From an uncultured Desulfobacter sp. (lineage in GTDB: Bacteria; Desulfobacterota; Desulfobacteria; Desulfobacterales; Desulfobacteraceae), in contig OY762069.1 of NCBI GenBank assembly GCA_963665095.1, positions 896,001 through 960,000 on the forward strand: a stretch of 64,000 nucleotides of DNA, given 5' to 3'. Shown in pieces: positions 32,454 to 43,656 of this stretch (positions within the stretch are counted from its first letter, which is position 1; each line of letters opens with the position of its first letter). The position numbers and the translations under genes are program-made. Below the pieces are notes generated by a model. That model searched no databases. It was given only the letters and a program-made list of their open reading frames with translations, and had not been told where the DNA came from.

Positions 32454-34707
32454 GTGCGACACGATGTTGCATGATTGTATGTATAGGAGGTAAATGTAAG
32501 ACACTGAATATACTCGGTGTATCCCCACCGGTTCCCTAGGTGAGCGTGCTATCGTTGCGCTGATGACGGGGTGCGAAGCCTCACCGACAATGTACCGAAT
32601 CGGGTTTGAATGGCGACAGGAGAACCCCTCCGGAAATCCCATCCGGTTAAGGGCTAGGGTCGGACAATATGGCAAGATTAATCGAAGAGCTTTAAGCGCC
32701 GTCAGTGAGCGCCTAACCTACTGGGATTAACAGGTTATATGTATACTTCCCTGCGTTTGTATACATGAACAGGATGCAAGTCTTCTAACTGCTTGCACGG
32801 GATCTTAAGTTTCATCGGCGTAGAGGCCTGCCTAAGTTGTCCATTAAGAGCAATCATGTGGAACGTGGAAACGTTGTCACTCCCCATGTGCAATACATGG
32901 AAAGCTAACCGCAAGGCAAGCCTGTGGAGGGGCAGCAGTAAGAATTCGGAAAAAAGCAAACGCCGTTTTGTAATGAAACGGATAGAGCATGAAACATGGC
33001 TCACGTAAAACCCAAAACCTTCGATTTTGGAGACATGCGTGCAGACGTCCGATTGGTGTTGACTTGCGAGAGAATTTGGAGAACCGCTTAAGATGGGAAA
33101 GCAAATGACGGCTTCGGCTGGTGCACCTGTCGACTCTGCTAAGAAATGGGCATCCATTGTTTGGAACAAAGCCCGGGCTGAAGTTAGAAGGCTGCAAATG
33201 CGTATCGCAAAGGCTGTAAAGGAAGAAAGATGGGGCAAAGTCAAAGCCCTTCAGTACTTACTTACTCATTCGTTCTACGCCAAGGCCTTGGCTGTCAAAC
33301 GAGTGACCTCAAATAAAGGGAAAAAGACTCCAGGCGTAGACGGTGTTTTATGGAAAGGCGCCCGAGCCAAATGGCAGGCTGTTTTCAGCCTGCAAAGACG
33401 AGGTTATAGACCGCAACCGCTAAGGCGGATTTATATCCCCAAAAAAAACGGTAAGAAACGTCCTTTAAGCATTCCAACAATGCTTTGCAGAGCTATGCAG
33501 GCGCTGTTCAAGTTAGCCTTGGCCCCAGTAGCGGAGACCATAGGAGATCGTAATTCTTACGGCTTCCGTGAAGGCCGCAGTTGTGCAGATGCAATTGCAG
33601 CAGCGTTCAATGCACTCTCCAAGCCTAATTCGGCTACATGGATATTGGAAGCGGACATCAAAGGGTGTTATGACAACATCAGTCAGGAATGGATGTTGGA
33701 AAATATCCCCATGGACAAAGTCGTTCTTAAAAAGTGGTTGACGGCAGGGTATGTGGAAGACGGCAAGCTATACCCTTCGCGCAAAGGAACCCCACAGGGC
33801 GGGATTATCAGTCCCACCTTGTCGAATTTAACCCTCGACGGACTGGAAAAAGCCGTTCATGATGCAGTTCCCCGCCGATGCAGGGTTAATTTTGTTCGAT
33901 ATGCAGATGACTTTATCGTCACAGGCAAGTCCAAACGCCTGCTCGAAGAACAGGTCAAACCCGCAGTCGAAGCGTTTCTAACTGAACGTGGTCTATCATT
34001 ATCTGAAGAAAAGACCATGATCACGCATATAACAGACGGATTTACGTTCCTTGGCCAAACTTTTCGAAAAACCGGAAATGTACTGCACATCACCCCGGCA
34101 AAAAAGGGAGTTCTCGCCTTTAAAGAAAAGCTCAGTGAACTGATCCATAAACATGCCGGCGGTCCATTGGAACCATTGGTCAAAAAGTTAAACCAGACCC
34201 TCCGGGGTTGGGGAAACTATCACCGGCACGTAGTCTCATCGGAAACATTTTCTCTTATTGATACGTTTGTTTACGAACAGCTGTGGAGAATGATTAAAAA
34301 GCGTCACCGGAAGAAATCCTCAAAATGGTTGAAAAACCGTTACTGGACTGACGGAAAACACAAGTGGATATTCACTGTCAAGAGCCGAAATAAAAAAGGG
34401 CCTTGCAGATATCACGTCATTCACCTAATTTCACTAGGGATAAAACGATATATCAAAATTAAAGCAGATGCAAATCCATATGATCCCGAATACAGCTATT
34501 ATTTCTGGCGTAGACGGAATCAAAAGGAGTCACGGTTACTCCCTACGCTGTCAGCCAGGGAATACCGCCAAACGCAAGCTGCATGAGGTAAACAGCCGGG
34601 GCGTCCCACAAGGTCGTCCTTTATAAACGCTTGAGCCGTATGACGGGAAACTGTCACGTACGGTTCTTAGGGGGGAAAGGGGCAGAGATGCCCCTGACCT
34701 ACCCGAT
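32454..34707 (+). mobile_element. Group II intron (second lineage), full length, inserted after the sixth base of the attC core
   Basis: 5' GTGCG; domain V GAGCCGTATGACGGGAAACTGTCACGTACGGTTC; 3' CCTACCCGAT; removal gives GTTATA|CA, complementary to TGTATAAC at 36243-36250. Confidence 0.92.
33093..34586 (+). CDS. ltrA: Group II intron RT/maturase (CL-like N-terminus, no HNH domain)
   Basis: VRRLQMRIAKA, TPGVDG, GTPQGGIISP, VRYADDF, LRGWGNYH. Confidence 0.93.
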   Translation: MGKQMTASAGAPVDSAKKWASIVWNKARAEVRRLQMRIAKAVKEERWGKVKALQYLLTHSFYAKALAVKRVTSNKGKKTPGVDGVLWKGARAKWQAVFSLQRRGYRPQPLRRIYIPKKNGKKRPLSIPTMLCRAMQALFKLALAPVAETIGDRNSYGFREGRSCADAIAAAFNALSKPNSATWILEADIKGCYDNISQEWMLENIPMDKVVLKKWLTAGYVEDGKLYPSRKGTPQGGIISPTLSNLTLDGLEKAVHDAVPRRCRVNFVRYADDFIVTGKSKRLLEEQVKPAVEAFLTERGLSLSEEKTMITHITDGFTFLGQTFRKTGNVLHITPAKKGVLAFKEKLSELIHKHAGGPLEPLVKKLNQTLRGWGNYHRHVVSSETFSLIDTFVYEQLWRMIKKRHRKKSSKWLKNRYWTDGKHKWIFTVKSRNKKGPCRYHVIHLISLGIKRYIKIKADANPYDPEYSYYFWRRRNQKESRLLPTLSAREYRQTQAA

Positions 34708-34741
34708 CAATAGATATGTTAAATAAAATTGGAGCAAACAA

Positions 34742-36214
34742 ATGGAAGAGCAAAAAACACATAGGCTGTGGGTTCCTGTTGAATTCAGTCAAGAATGGCT
34801 TGAGTGTGATACTTCTACGATAGATGATATATCCCCTTCATGGATTGACAGAAGGGAAATCCTTCAAACTAACTCAAAAGAATATCAGGAATTTATTACC
34901 GAACTCAAACGTGAACATGCAATTGAGACCGGAATTGTAGAACGAATGTACGATCTTGAAAAAGGCATAACTGAGACATTTATCAAAAAAGGGTTTGTTG
35001 AATCATACATTAGTCATAATGATACAAACGTTCCAGTTCCGAAATTGCTTTCTCATTTATCCGATCATCTTGATGCAGTTGATTTTGTCTTTGATGTAGT
35101 TAAAGAAAATAGAGATTTAACAATTGGTTTTATAAAAGAACTTCATGCACTCGTAACTCGTAACCAGGAGTATGCCGAAGGAAGAGACCAATTTGGCAGT
35201 AGAACTAAAATAGATCTGAGAAAAGGTGCTTTCAAAATCCTTGAAAATAATCCAACTCGTGAAGATGGAACTAAAATATTATATTGTCCACCTGATCATG
35301 TTCAGGCCGAAATGGATAATCTGATTTCTATTTACAATGATGCCGAGAATAAAAACATCCATCCATTAATTTGTGCTACCTGGTTTCACCATGCATTCAC
35401 TACAATTCACCCATTTCAAGATGGCAATGGTCGTATTGCAAGACTAATTGCAAGTTTGATTTTGATTAAACATGGCCTTTTTCCTTTTACAGTTCTAAGA
35501 GAAGAGGCCAAAGCTAAATATATTGATGCTCTTGAAAAGGCCGATGCACATGAATTTCAACCTCTAATAGACTATTTTGCCGAAGTCCAAAAAAGACATA
35601 TTGAAAAGGCTCTAAATCTAAAAGAGGTTTCAAGCTCATCATTTGATGAAGTAGCAGATATATTTTCAGGCAAGATTGAGAATTGGCAAAAGAAAAAGGT
35701 TGCTGAGAGAGAGAAACTGCTTGATAAAGCCAGAATAGATGTTTTTAACTTTTGCCTCAAACATTTGAATCAGATTTCTGATCAACTTAGCGCCAAACTC
35801 AATGGAAATGCGAACATTACTATTCAAAAATGTTCCCCAGATAAGGATGAAAGACAAGATTTTTATTATGGTCAAATAATTAAATACGCTAAGAAACATG
35901 ATTACTATTTTAACAGGAATTTTCCAAAGGGTTGGTTAACTTTTAGAGTTGAATTAGCAGAAAATAAAAAATATCAACTTTGTGTTACTATCCACCACTA
36001 TGGCTATGAGGATAGCACCTTAGCTATTGGAGCATTTCTTGAATATTTGATACCTCATGAAAGCAATGATCGAATAGACGAAGCCCTTCCCTTAGAAATT
36101 AAACCTCATGTTATTTCCCTGACTGGAGATATAATGACGAAAGAAAAGAACATCGCAGTTTTTATAAAAAATGCAGTTACCTTAACTATGGCTCAAATTG
36201 CAAGTGAACTATAG
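34742..36214 (+). CDS. Cassette: Fic family protein with C-terminal extension
   Basis: Canonical HPFQDGNGRIAR. Confidence 0.92.
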   Translation: MEEQKTHRLWVPVEFSQEWLECDTSTIDDISPSWIDRREILQTNSKEYQEFITELKREHAIETGIVERMYDLEKGITETFIKKGFVESYISHNDTNVPVPKLLSHLSDHLDAVDFVFDVVKENRDLTIGFIKELHALVTRNQEYAEGRDQFGSRTKIDLRKGAFKILENNPTREDGTKILYCPPDHVQAEMDNLISIYNDAENKNIHPLICATWFHHAFTTIHPFQDGNGRIARLIASLILIKHGLFPFTVLREEAKAKYIDALEKADAHEFQPLIDYFAEVQKRHIEKALNLKEVSSSSFDEVADIFSGKIENWQKKKVAEREKLLDKARIDVFNFCLKHLNQISDQLSAKLNGNANITIQKCSPDKDERQDFYYGQIIKYAKKHDYYFNRNFPKGWLTFRVELAENKKYQLCVTIHHYGYEDSTLAIGAFLEYLIPHESNDRIDEALPLEIKPHVISLTGDIMTKEKNIAVFIKNAVTLTMAQIASEL

Positions 36215-36241
36215 CGAACTATGAAAAGAAGAGAGCAATAA

Positions 36242-37396
36242 ATGTATAACAAGGTTATGTACGATATCGAGCACTGCCGACGCGGAGAATTTGGCACCCA
36301 CTGGGAGCTATGCGACACATGCGGCCACCTTGAAAAAGGATACAACTCCTGCCGAAACCGCCATTGTCCGGGTTGAAACAATATCGCCCGTCACAGATGG
36401 GTGACGGCCAGGATCAACGATCTGCTTCCGGTGTCCTATCACCACTGCGTTTTCACATTGCCGGATATCTTCAACCCTTTGTGCCGGTTCAACCGGCGGG
36501 TAATGTATGACCTGTTGTTTGAAAGCGCCTCCCAGACCCTGCTGGAATTCGGGGAGAATCCAAAGCGTCTTGGAGCCAAGATCGGGTTCTACGGTATCCT
36601 CCACACCTGGGGCGGCAAACTCTGGCTGCATCCCCACATCCATTTCATTGTCACTGCAGGCGGAATAAACACTTATGGGGAATGGGTGGAGCCCAAGTAC
36701 AGCTCAACATTCCTGTTTCCGGTCAAAGCGCTTTCAAATGTATTCAGGGCAAAGTTCCTTAACGGCCTTATTGCAGCCCACGGTCGAGGACGATTAAACA
36801 TCCCGGATGAACTGGCTCATTTTTCAAAACCCTGCGCATTCAGGCAATGGCTGTACCATACCGCTCCAAAAGACTGGGTGGTATATTCCAAACCACCATT
36901 CTCAGGTCCAGCCGAAGTCGTTAAATATATCGGTAGATACACCCATTCAACAGCCATCAGCAACAACAGGATTATATCCGTTAACAACGAGACTGTGGAG
37001 TTCTGGTTTAAAAACACCCGGAATAAATCCAAGTGGGAAACAACTTCTTTACCGGTAATGAGCTTCATTGATCGTTTCCTTTTGCATGTTCTTCCAAAAC
37101 ACTTTCATCGGATCAGATATTATGGGTTTCTGGCCAACGGGCAGGCAGGGCGAAATATATCGGAAATACGCCAGGCATTGAATGACCGGGATACCCCTGA
37201 TCCTGAACCCCTGAAAGAACAGACGCCTCAATGCCCGGCCTGCGGCAAAGGGAACATGATAACGATCCTGGTGCTGGACGGTCATGGCAACGTGGTGAAA
37301 GACGACTTACCAAAAACCAAGGCCAAGCAAATTCCGGCTAAATCAGGGGAACCATTAAAAGCTTTACTTTGGAAACAATTACCGATATCAAAATAG
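36242..37396 (+). pseudogene. Element C: 5'-truncated IS91-like transposase with in-frame TGA (36374-36376)
   Basis: ...YNSCRNRHCPG*...LHTWG, HPHIH, YIGRY; begins at the Fic cassette inverse core GTATAAC. Confidence 0.8.
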
Positions 37397-37613
37397 GCAG
37401 TTCCCTGTCAGGGACTCGTATCGGCAATCCGCTCCGGTACCAGGTTTTTCGGCTCTTTTTCAAGCCTGACCGGATAAAATAGAAGGAAGAATCTTAATGC
37501 TCACTCAATTTTACCAGGCAAATTTTAAAATCTGTGCTGTTAAATCTAAGTTTGAAAAAAAGGATTCCCCTGCTTTTACCCAAGAAATCAACTGCGAGGC
37601 TTCGACCCGGTTA

Positions 37614-37702
37614 ATGTAACAAAGAGTTGAAGACGGAAAAATACCCGCCGGGTTTTACGTTGTTTTTGGGTTATAATTTTTCCGCTTAACTCAACGTTGC
37701 AC
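37614..37702 (+). repeat. attC
   Basis: ATGTAAC-AAAGA-GTTGAAG-A-CGGAAAAA...TTTTTCCG-CTTAAC-TCAAC-GTTGCAC. Confidence 0.75.
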
Positions 37703-37737
37703 TAAAGAACACTATACCTGTATTGCTGAGAACATAT

Positions 37738-38538
37738 ATGAATGATTCTGAAATTACTTTTGAATTAAAAGGTTGGAGTGGTGTTGCAGTTGTCGTAGGT
37801 CTTATCATTTTCGGGTTGGTGGGGCATCATTATATGTACAACTACAACCCGGAATTGGAGGAATTGACCCAAGCTTTGCAGTCGGATGATCCATCAGTGA
37901 TCGGAAAGGCTTTGTACGAATCAGGTAGGTTTACGATGGGCAAGGGGCATAAGCTCATTCCCTACATTCTGCCTCACCTTAGCGACGATAGAGATTTGCC
38001 TGAAAAGTTGAAACAAAAGATTATTAAAGGGATCCAATCCACATCCGGCAGCATTCCAGGAGTAGAATCAGATTTAGGGGGAATTTTTAGCATTGGTTTC
38101 ACTGCAGCACTAACGCTTCAAAGCTTGGTAATAAAGGATGTGGAAAATAAGCGATGGATCGGCGGTAAATATCGAGCTCTAATTGTTGAATATATCCTTG
38201 ATGAGATTGGGCCATATAGCGATGAATTCATATTAAAAAATGGACTCTGGGCGGTAAATCAAATTCATGATGAGAGGTTGGTTCCATTTTGGTTTCAATG
38301 TCTGGAAATAGAGTCTGAATCCATTCGGTCACCAGCCCTTTCCGGATTATATTACTATATCTACGATAGAAACCATGGTTTATTTACATGGCATCCAGAA
38401 AAGGAAATCGACGCAAATATGATTGAAAATCTGAAATCTTGCTTATTTGATAATTCTGAGCTTGTGCGCAGATCTGCATCGCTTGTGACGAATGCGTTAG
38501 CTGAGGCCGGTTTGGATGTAATGGGTATAGACAACTAA
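37738..38538 (+). CDS. Cassette: membrane-anchored hypothetical protein, HEAT-repeat-like
   Basis: N-terminal TM helix; helical motifs LQSDDPSV..AL, ESESIR, DNSELVRRSA. Confidence 0.55.
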   Translation: MNDSEITFELKGWSGVAVVVGLIIFGLVGHHYMYNYNPELEELTQALQSDDPSVIGKALYESGRFTMGKGHKLIPYILPHLSDDRDLPEKLKQKIIKGIQSTSGSIPGVESDLGGIFSIGFTAALTLQSLVIKDVENKRWIGGKYRALIVEYILDEIGPYSDEFILKNGLWAVNQIHDERLVPFWFQCLEIESESIRSPALSGLYYYIYDRNHGLFTWHPEKEIDANMIENLKSCLFDNSELVRRSASLVTNALAEAGLDVMGIDN

Positions 38539-38545
38539 AATAATT

Positions 38546-38607
38546 GCATAACCAGGGCATAAAGGGCAACGGCAAAAAACCGCCGTGCCTTATGCCTGCC
38601 GTTATAG
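38546..38607 (+). repeat. attC (short type)
   Basis: GCATAAC-CAGGGCATAAAGGGCA...TGCCTTATGCCTGCC-GTTATAG. Confidence 0.85.
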
Positions 38608-38626
38608 CTAAAATGGAGATCGTGAC

Positions 38627-39481
38627 TTGAATAACAAAGAGATACATGTAGATTTACTGTTTCCGGATCTAAATTGGGATGAAGTTAAAATACATGTAGC
38701 TCAAAAGGCAGGTCAAACCCGTCCAATTGATGTATTCACAAAAAGTTTTGATGAATGGCAAAATAATTGGAATGGAGATTTTCATTCCAATCACTGCTGG
38801 AATAGAAAGTATATATTCTCAATTATTGAAATACCCAATGAGCCTGATCGATGGCTGTTTGGGGGCATTTTTCAGGTTCTCTCCCACGAACCAGGGACGT
38901 CTTCGGATAAAAAAGGCGTATTTTATAAAGTGAAACTGAGCCAATATGGAGACTCTCTTATTGGACGCCTAATAATCCGATGGATAAAAGATGCGAGGGC
39001 GAAAGGTCGTAAGCCTGAAGGTATGCTATCAAGTATGTCTGTGGCAGAAATTTTGCCGGAGTCCTACATAGGAGAGGATTTCCCTGGTTATGCAAACATA
39101 AATCACAATTACGCAATATTAGAAAAATTATGGAATGATTCCAAACCAGATTGGGTAGCAGCATTAATGCACTGCCAAGGAGTGTATTTAATAACGGACA
39201 CCAATACTGGTTTACGCTATGTTGGGTCCGCCTATGGTGAAGAAGGTATCTGGTCAAGGTGGGGAACCTATTTTCAGACAGGGGGTCACGGCAATAATAA
39301 ATTGTTGAAAAAGCACCTTAGTGGCGAAAATAAGGGGGTTAATTATGCAAGGGAGTATTTCCAAATTAGCCTGTTAGAGCAAGCGTCTTCGCGTGATAAT
39401 GAGCAGTATATAATAAAAAGAGAAAGTTATTGGAAAGAAGTCTTGCTTTCTCGTAGCGAGTACGGTCTTAATGACAACTGA
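38627..39481 (+). CDS. Cassette: GIY-YIG nuclease family protein
   Basis: GVYLITD...YVGSAYGEEGIWSRW, RESYWK, YGLNDN. Confidence 0.88.
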   Translation: MNNKEIHVDLLFPDLNWDEVKIHVAQKAGQTRPIDVFTKSFDEWQNNWNGDFHSNHCWNRKYIFSIIEIPNEPDRWLFGGIFQVLSHEPGTSSDKKGVFYKVKLSQYGDSLIGRLIIRWIKDARAKGRKPEGMLSSMSVAEILPESYIGEDFPGYANINHNYAILEKLWNDSKPDWVAALMHCQGVYLITDTNTGLRYVGSAYGEEGIWSRWGTYFQTGGHGNNKLLKKHLSGENKGVNYAREYFQISLLEQASSRDNEQYIIKRESYWKEVLLSRSEYGLNDN

Positions 39482-39486
39482 TGAGG

Positions 39487-40400
39487 CTATAACAAAACGC
39501 TGCTCGTGCCCAGATAAATCCGAATCGTTGGGATTCCACGGAATAGGAGGATGAAACTCGATATTGTTACCCAGTGGGTGAAAGTCCCACATGAGCAAAG
39601 CATAGCCGGCAGCTCATTAGTGAAATCCACAGGCAAAACTGGTAACGGAAGTCTGATGCTGGATGGAACAAGATTGCAGGCTCTGTACTGAGCCCCGAAA
39701 AATGTATAGTTGTGGTCCACTAGGATAAACCCTGCTTGCAGGGGGAAAGCCGACGCATTGTAGCGTGACGGAAGGCAGCAGACTTACAGATGCTATGGCA
39801 AGCCTGTAAGTCACCACCGGGGTCTTCGACCAGGGCATGTTCTCAAAGGGGTAGCTCAGGAACTGGGGAGAGCCGGTTGGTTCCTTGCAGAAACAGAACG
39901 GTATCAGGAGTTCCAGCCATGGGCAAAATCCCGGCATCTGTATGGAAACCCTATCCTGCAGATGAGTTCACCACTGGTGAAGACACAAACGTTAAAGCAG
40001 GGCAATACGCCACGAAAGCCTGGAAGCACTGGCTTGGCCGAAGGCACCGAAACGGTAAACTTAACTTCAAGAAGTTTAGCAGACTTCTTAATTGGTACCC
40101 ATTACCGCGGCCTCGAATTGTTCACAATATCTAAAAGGACCTGCAGGGCAGCAAAGTTATGCGCCGATCAGGGTGTCGCCTGATTGGTTGACGGCTCGGT
40201 AAAAAGAGCCTGAATCGAGGAACCGTATGAGGGAAATCTTCACGTACGGATCTGTGGGGAGGGCGTCGGGTAACCGATGCCTTTACCCGGAAGGCCGACC
40301 CGGGGTTCTATCGGCTTTTCGAAAGTCCTTGGTTTTCGAAAAACCTTGGCTTTTACAATCTGCTCGGCCAAGCCACGGGCGGCTGAACTACACGTTATGT
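39487..40400 (+). repeat. attC (long type) split by a group II intron in its left arm
   Basis: CTATAAC-AAAACGCTG | intron | GCCGACCCGGGG...CGGCTGAACTACAC-GTTATGT. Confidence 0.8.
39506..40292 (+). mobile_element. Group II intron (third lineage), internally deleted
   Basis: 5' GTGCCCAG; only the RT C-terminal remnant (PLPRPRIVHNI); domain V GAACCGTATGAGGGAAATCTTCACGTACGGATCT; 3' end approximate. Confidence 0.8.
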
Positions 40401-40467
40401 GGCCTGAGATCATCAACGTAATTGAATACAAAAGCATGTAAGTAAAAATAAATTTATTGGAGGTATC

Positions 40468-40938
40468 ATGAAAAAAAAACTAACGGTATTTATTTTGATT
40501 CTTTTTACATCAGTAGCATCGGCACAGGATTTTTCATCTCTTTTTCCATTTGAAAAATTTTCGAAGTGGATGAATTCAACTCCTCTTAAGGGTTATCAGG
40601 CGGCTGGTGTAGATGATATGTCTACCGATACATCTGTTTCAGACAGAAAATATCGAGCAATTTTCACTGGTAATCAGGGAATGATTAATGTCCAACTCAG
40701 TCAAGGAAAATTTTTTGATGATTATAAGCACAGCAACGATTTCAAAAATGTAAAGCCTTTTAATAAAAAAGGATTTGAAACAGTATACCTCAGCAAGTCC
40801 CAAATGCCTATGTCTCTTATTAGGGTAAAAATTCCTAAATACAAAGCGACATTCTCGATTATGGCGTCACCCAAAAAAGATAAAAAGACAATGGAAACCT
40901 TACTTGAACAAATAGAACTTTATAGATATATAAAATAA
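40468..40938 (+). CDS. Cassette: secreted hypothetical protein
   Basis: GGAGG RBS; signal peptide MKKKLTVFILILFTSVASA|QD. Confidence 0.7.
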   Translation: MKKKLTVFILILFTSVASAQDFSSLFPFEKFSKWMNSTPLKGYQAAGVDDMSTDTSVSDRKYRAIFTGNQGMINVQLSQGKFFDDYKHSNDFKNVKPFNKKGFETVYLSKSQMPMSLIRVKIPKYKATFSIMASPKKDKKTMETLLEQIELYRYIK

Positions 40939-41005
40939 TTCTCTTATTTTATTATGCAACATCTAAACATATTCTATTATGGAATTTATAAAAAGAGAAC
41001 TTCAC

Positions 41006-41065
41006 ACATAACCATAAAAATCCAGCGGACGCAAAAAGACGCGCCGCTGATTTTTGGCGTTATCA
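41006..41065 (+). repeat. attC (short type)
   Basis: ACATAAC-CATAAAAATCCAGCGG...CCGCTGATTTTTGGC-GTTATCA. Confidence 0.85.
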
Positions 41066-41118
41066 TTTAAAACCATCTCCATCTTGACTCGAATACGTCA
41101 ATGGCGTATTGCTGTATT

Positions 41119-41432
41119 ATGGAATTCATTGAAACATCAATATTTACAAAGCAAGTCCTGAAGCTACTACCTGACTCAAGTTATCGAATATTGCAATCTA
41201 CTTTGATGTTAAATCCAGGTGCAGGGGCAATGATTAAAGGAAGTGGAGGGATTCGCAAAATTCGTTTGAAGTTACCTGGTTCAGGCAAAGGGGGGCGTTA
41301 CGGGTGATTTATTATTTCGATCAACCTGAAACGATTTACATGCTATTCATGTACAAGAAAAACGAACAAGAAGATTTAACCCCTGAACAAGTCAAAATCT
41401 TGAAAAAAGCATTAAAGGAGAATTTATTATGA
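41119..41432 (+). pseudogene. RelE/HigB-family toxin, frameshifted at a G-tract
   Basis: MEFIETSIF...GSGGIRKIR...GSGK, then shifted frame RVIYYFD...YKKNEQEDLTPEQ ending at TGA overlapping the antitoxin ATG. Confidence 0.8.
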
Positions 41433-41719
41433 GAAACGAAGATTTTGATATGTTGCTTTCGAGCATAAAAGAAGCTGGCGATATAAAAAGCGGAAAAAAG
41501 AAACCAAGTAGAGTTTTTGAGATTGACCCCCCTGAAATTAAAATGGTTCGAAAAACTTTGAGTGTTTCACAATCGGAATTTGCCATGATGATAGGAGTGA
41601 GCGTAAGAACGCTTCAAAATTGGGAACAAGGAAGAAGGAAACCCGAAGGTCCTGCAAAAGCCTTGTTACGTATTGCCTCGAAAAATCCCAGAGCGGTACT
41701 TGAGGCCCTTCATGTTTGA
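41429..41719 (+). CDS. Cassette: HTH antitoxin (HigA/NadS-like)
   Basis: SQSEFAMMIGVSVRTLQNWEQGRRKPEGPAKALL. Confidence 0.88.
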   Translation: MRNEDFDMLLSSIKEAGDIKSGKKKPSRVFEIDPPEIKMVRKTLSVSQSEFAMMIGVSVRTLQNWEQGRRKPEGPAKALLRIASKNPRAVLEALHV

Positions 41720-41729
41720 TAAAAAATTA

Positions 41730-43626
41730 TGATAACAATACGCTCGTCGTGCCCAGATAAATCCGAATCGTTGGGATTCAACCGGACAGGAGGATGAAAT
41801 TCGATAATGTTACCCAGTGGGTGTAAGTCCCACATGAACAAAGCTTAGCCGGCAGTTCATTAGTGAAATCCACAGGCAAAGCCGGAGACGGAGGTCTGAA
41901 GCTGGATGGAACAAGATTGCAGGCTCTGCACTGAGCCCCGAAAAATGTATAGTTGTGGTCCATAAGGATAAACCCTGAAAGTGCGGGGGGAAAGCCGACG
42001 CATTCCAGCGTGACGGAAGGCAGCAGACTTACAGGCGCTATGGCAAGCCTGGGAGTCACCATCGGGGTCTTAGACCAGGGCATGTTCTCAAAGGGGTAGC
42101 TCGGGAACTGGGGAGGTCCGAATGCCTCCTTTTGCAGAAACGGTAAGGTGGATACCGTCCGGAAGGTAAAACACCTGAGGCAGCAGGAATCTCTCACTCC
42201 TGATGCTTGAAAAAGAAAAGTGGGAGGAAAATAAGGTACCGGGGGAGGATAGTTAATAGCGAACGAGCCTGGGAAGGACATTCGGAAGTCTTAGCTGATC
42301 ATAATACTGATGTTCAGGGGGGAATAAAACCCGAACGGCAAGGCGGGGAAGTGGTGCCCGAAGCGACCCGCTGAAGGAAAGGAGAGGCAGGGTATAACGT
42401 TTTTCCGGCAGGAACTATGGGAGACTCCCAGAGGTCACAAACCATATCAACGGACAGCCGGGAAATTGCGTCGCAGACAGCTATGAAATCCAAGGGAAAC
42501 ACAAAAGAACGGATAGCCGAACCTCTACCGATACTGGTGCCGGAGTCGTCGCTTGTCCATATCAGGACAATGGCAAAACAGGACCTACAGATGACGTTTA
42601 CATCTCTGGTCCACAAAGTTGACCTGTTCCTGCTGAATAAATCGTTTCGACAGTTGTGTAAAAACAGTGCCACCGGAGTAGACAAGGTCACGGTGGACAA
42701 GGGACCCCCCAGGGTGGAGTGATTTCGCCGGTACTCAGTAATATATTCCTGCACTATGTGCTGGACGACTGGTTTGCAAAAGTGGTTCAACCCCGGTTGA
42801 AGGGTAAAAGCTTTCTGATCAGGTTTGCCGATGACTTCATCGTCGGACTGCAGCTGGAATCAGATGCCAAAAGATTGTTGGAAGTTTTGCCAAGGCGGTT
42901 CAACCGCTACACTCTTGAACTTCATCCGAAAAAGACACGCCTGATTGCATTCGGAAAACCGGCCCGGAAGGGAAAGCCACAGGGGACGTTCGATTTCCTC
43001 GGGTTCACGTATTACTGGGGCAAAAGCCTTAAAGGCTACTGGGTGATCAAGAAGAAAACCACCCGCAAAAGGCGCAATCGGTTCATGCGGATGCTGTGGA
43101 GCTGGTGCAAGAAGCACAGGCATGACCCTATACGCGGTCAGCAGGAAACCTTGTGCAGCAAGTTGATGGGATTTTATCAATATTTCGGAGTACGGAGCAA
43201 TTTTAAGGTGCTGGAGGAGGTGTACGAATATGCTGCCACAGCCTGGAAACATTGGCTTGGCCAAAGGCATAGGAACGGGATATTGAACTACAAAAAGTTC
43301 AGCAGACTTCTAACCGGACATCCCCTGCCCAGGCCCCGGATTGTTCACAATATCTGAAAGGCTGCAAGGGCAGCAAAGTTATGCGCCAATCGGGGTGTCG
43401 CCTGATTGGTCGATGGCCCGGTAAAAGGGCCGGAGTCGAGGAACCGTACGAGGGAAATCTTCACGTACGGGTCTGTGGGGAGGGCGTCGGGTAACCGATG
43501 CCTTTACCCGGAAGAGGGGCCAGGCTTACTGCGCGGCCTTTCTAAAGTCCCTGGTTCAGGAAGATTAAACTTTTTATCGGAAGTTTTGGGGTTTAAAAAG
43601 CCTGGCCCCTCAAGTCCTCGTTATGC
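41730..43626 (+). repeat. attC (long type) split by a group II intron in its left arm
   Basis: TGATAAC-AATACGCTC | intron | GAGGGGCCAGGCTTACTGCG...GCCTGGCCCCTC...GTTATGC. Confidence 0.8.
41749..43513 (+). mobile_element. Group II intron (third lineage) with deleted/frameshifted RT
   Basis: 5' GTGCCCAG near-identical to the 39506 copy; RT pieces 42417-42722 (ATGVDKVT) and 42719-43357 (IRFADDF). Confidence 0.85.
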
Positions 43627-43656
43627 ACCTACAAATCGAAACGAAAGAACATCATT

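Noticed and set aside
36374..36376. In-frame TGA at a conserved Cys as selenocysteine
   Set aside because: The gene is 5'-truncated, the Cys is a structural Zn ligand and no SECIS could be supported; a nonsense mutation is simpler.
27245..43357. Reverse transcriptases as retron, DGR or defence RTs
   Set aside because: All lie within group II intron ends with domain V/VI and have maturase regions.
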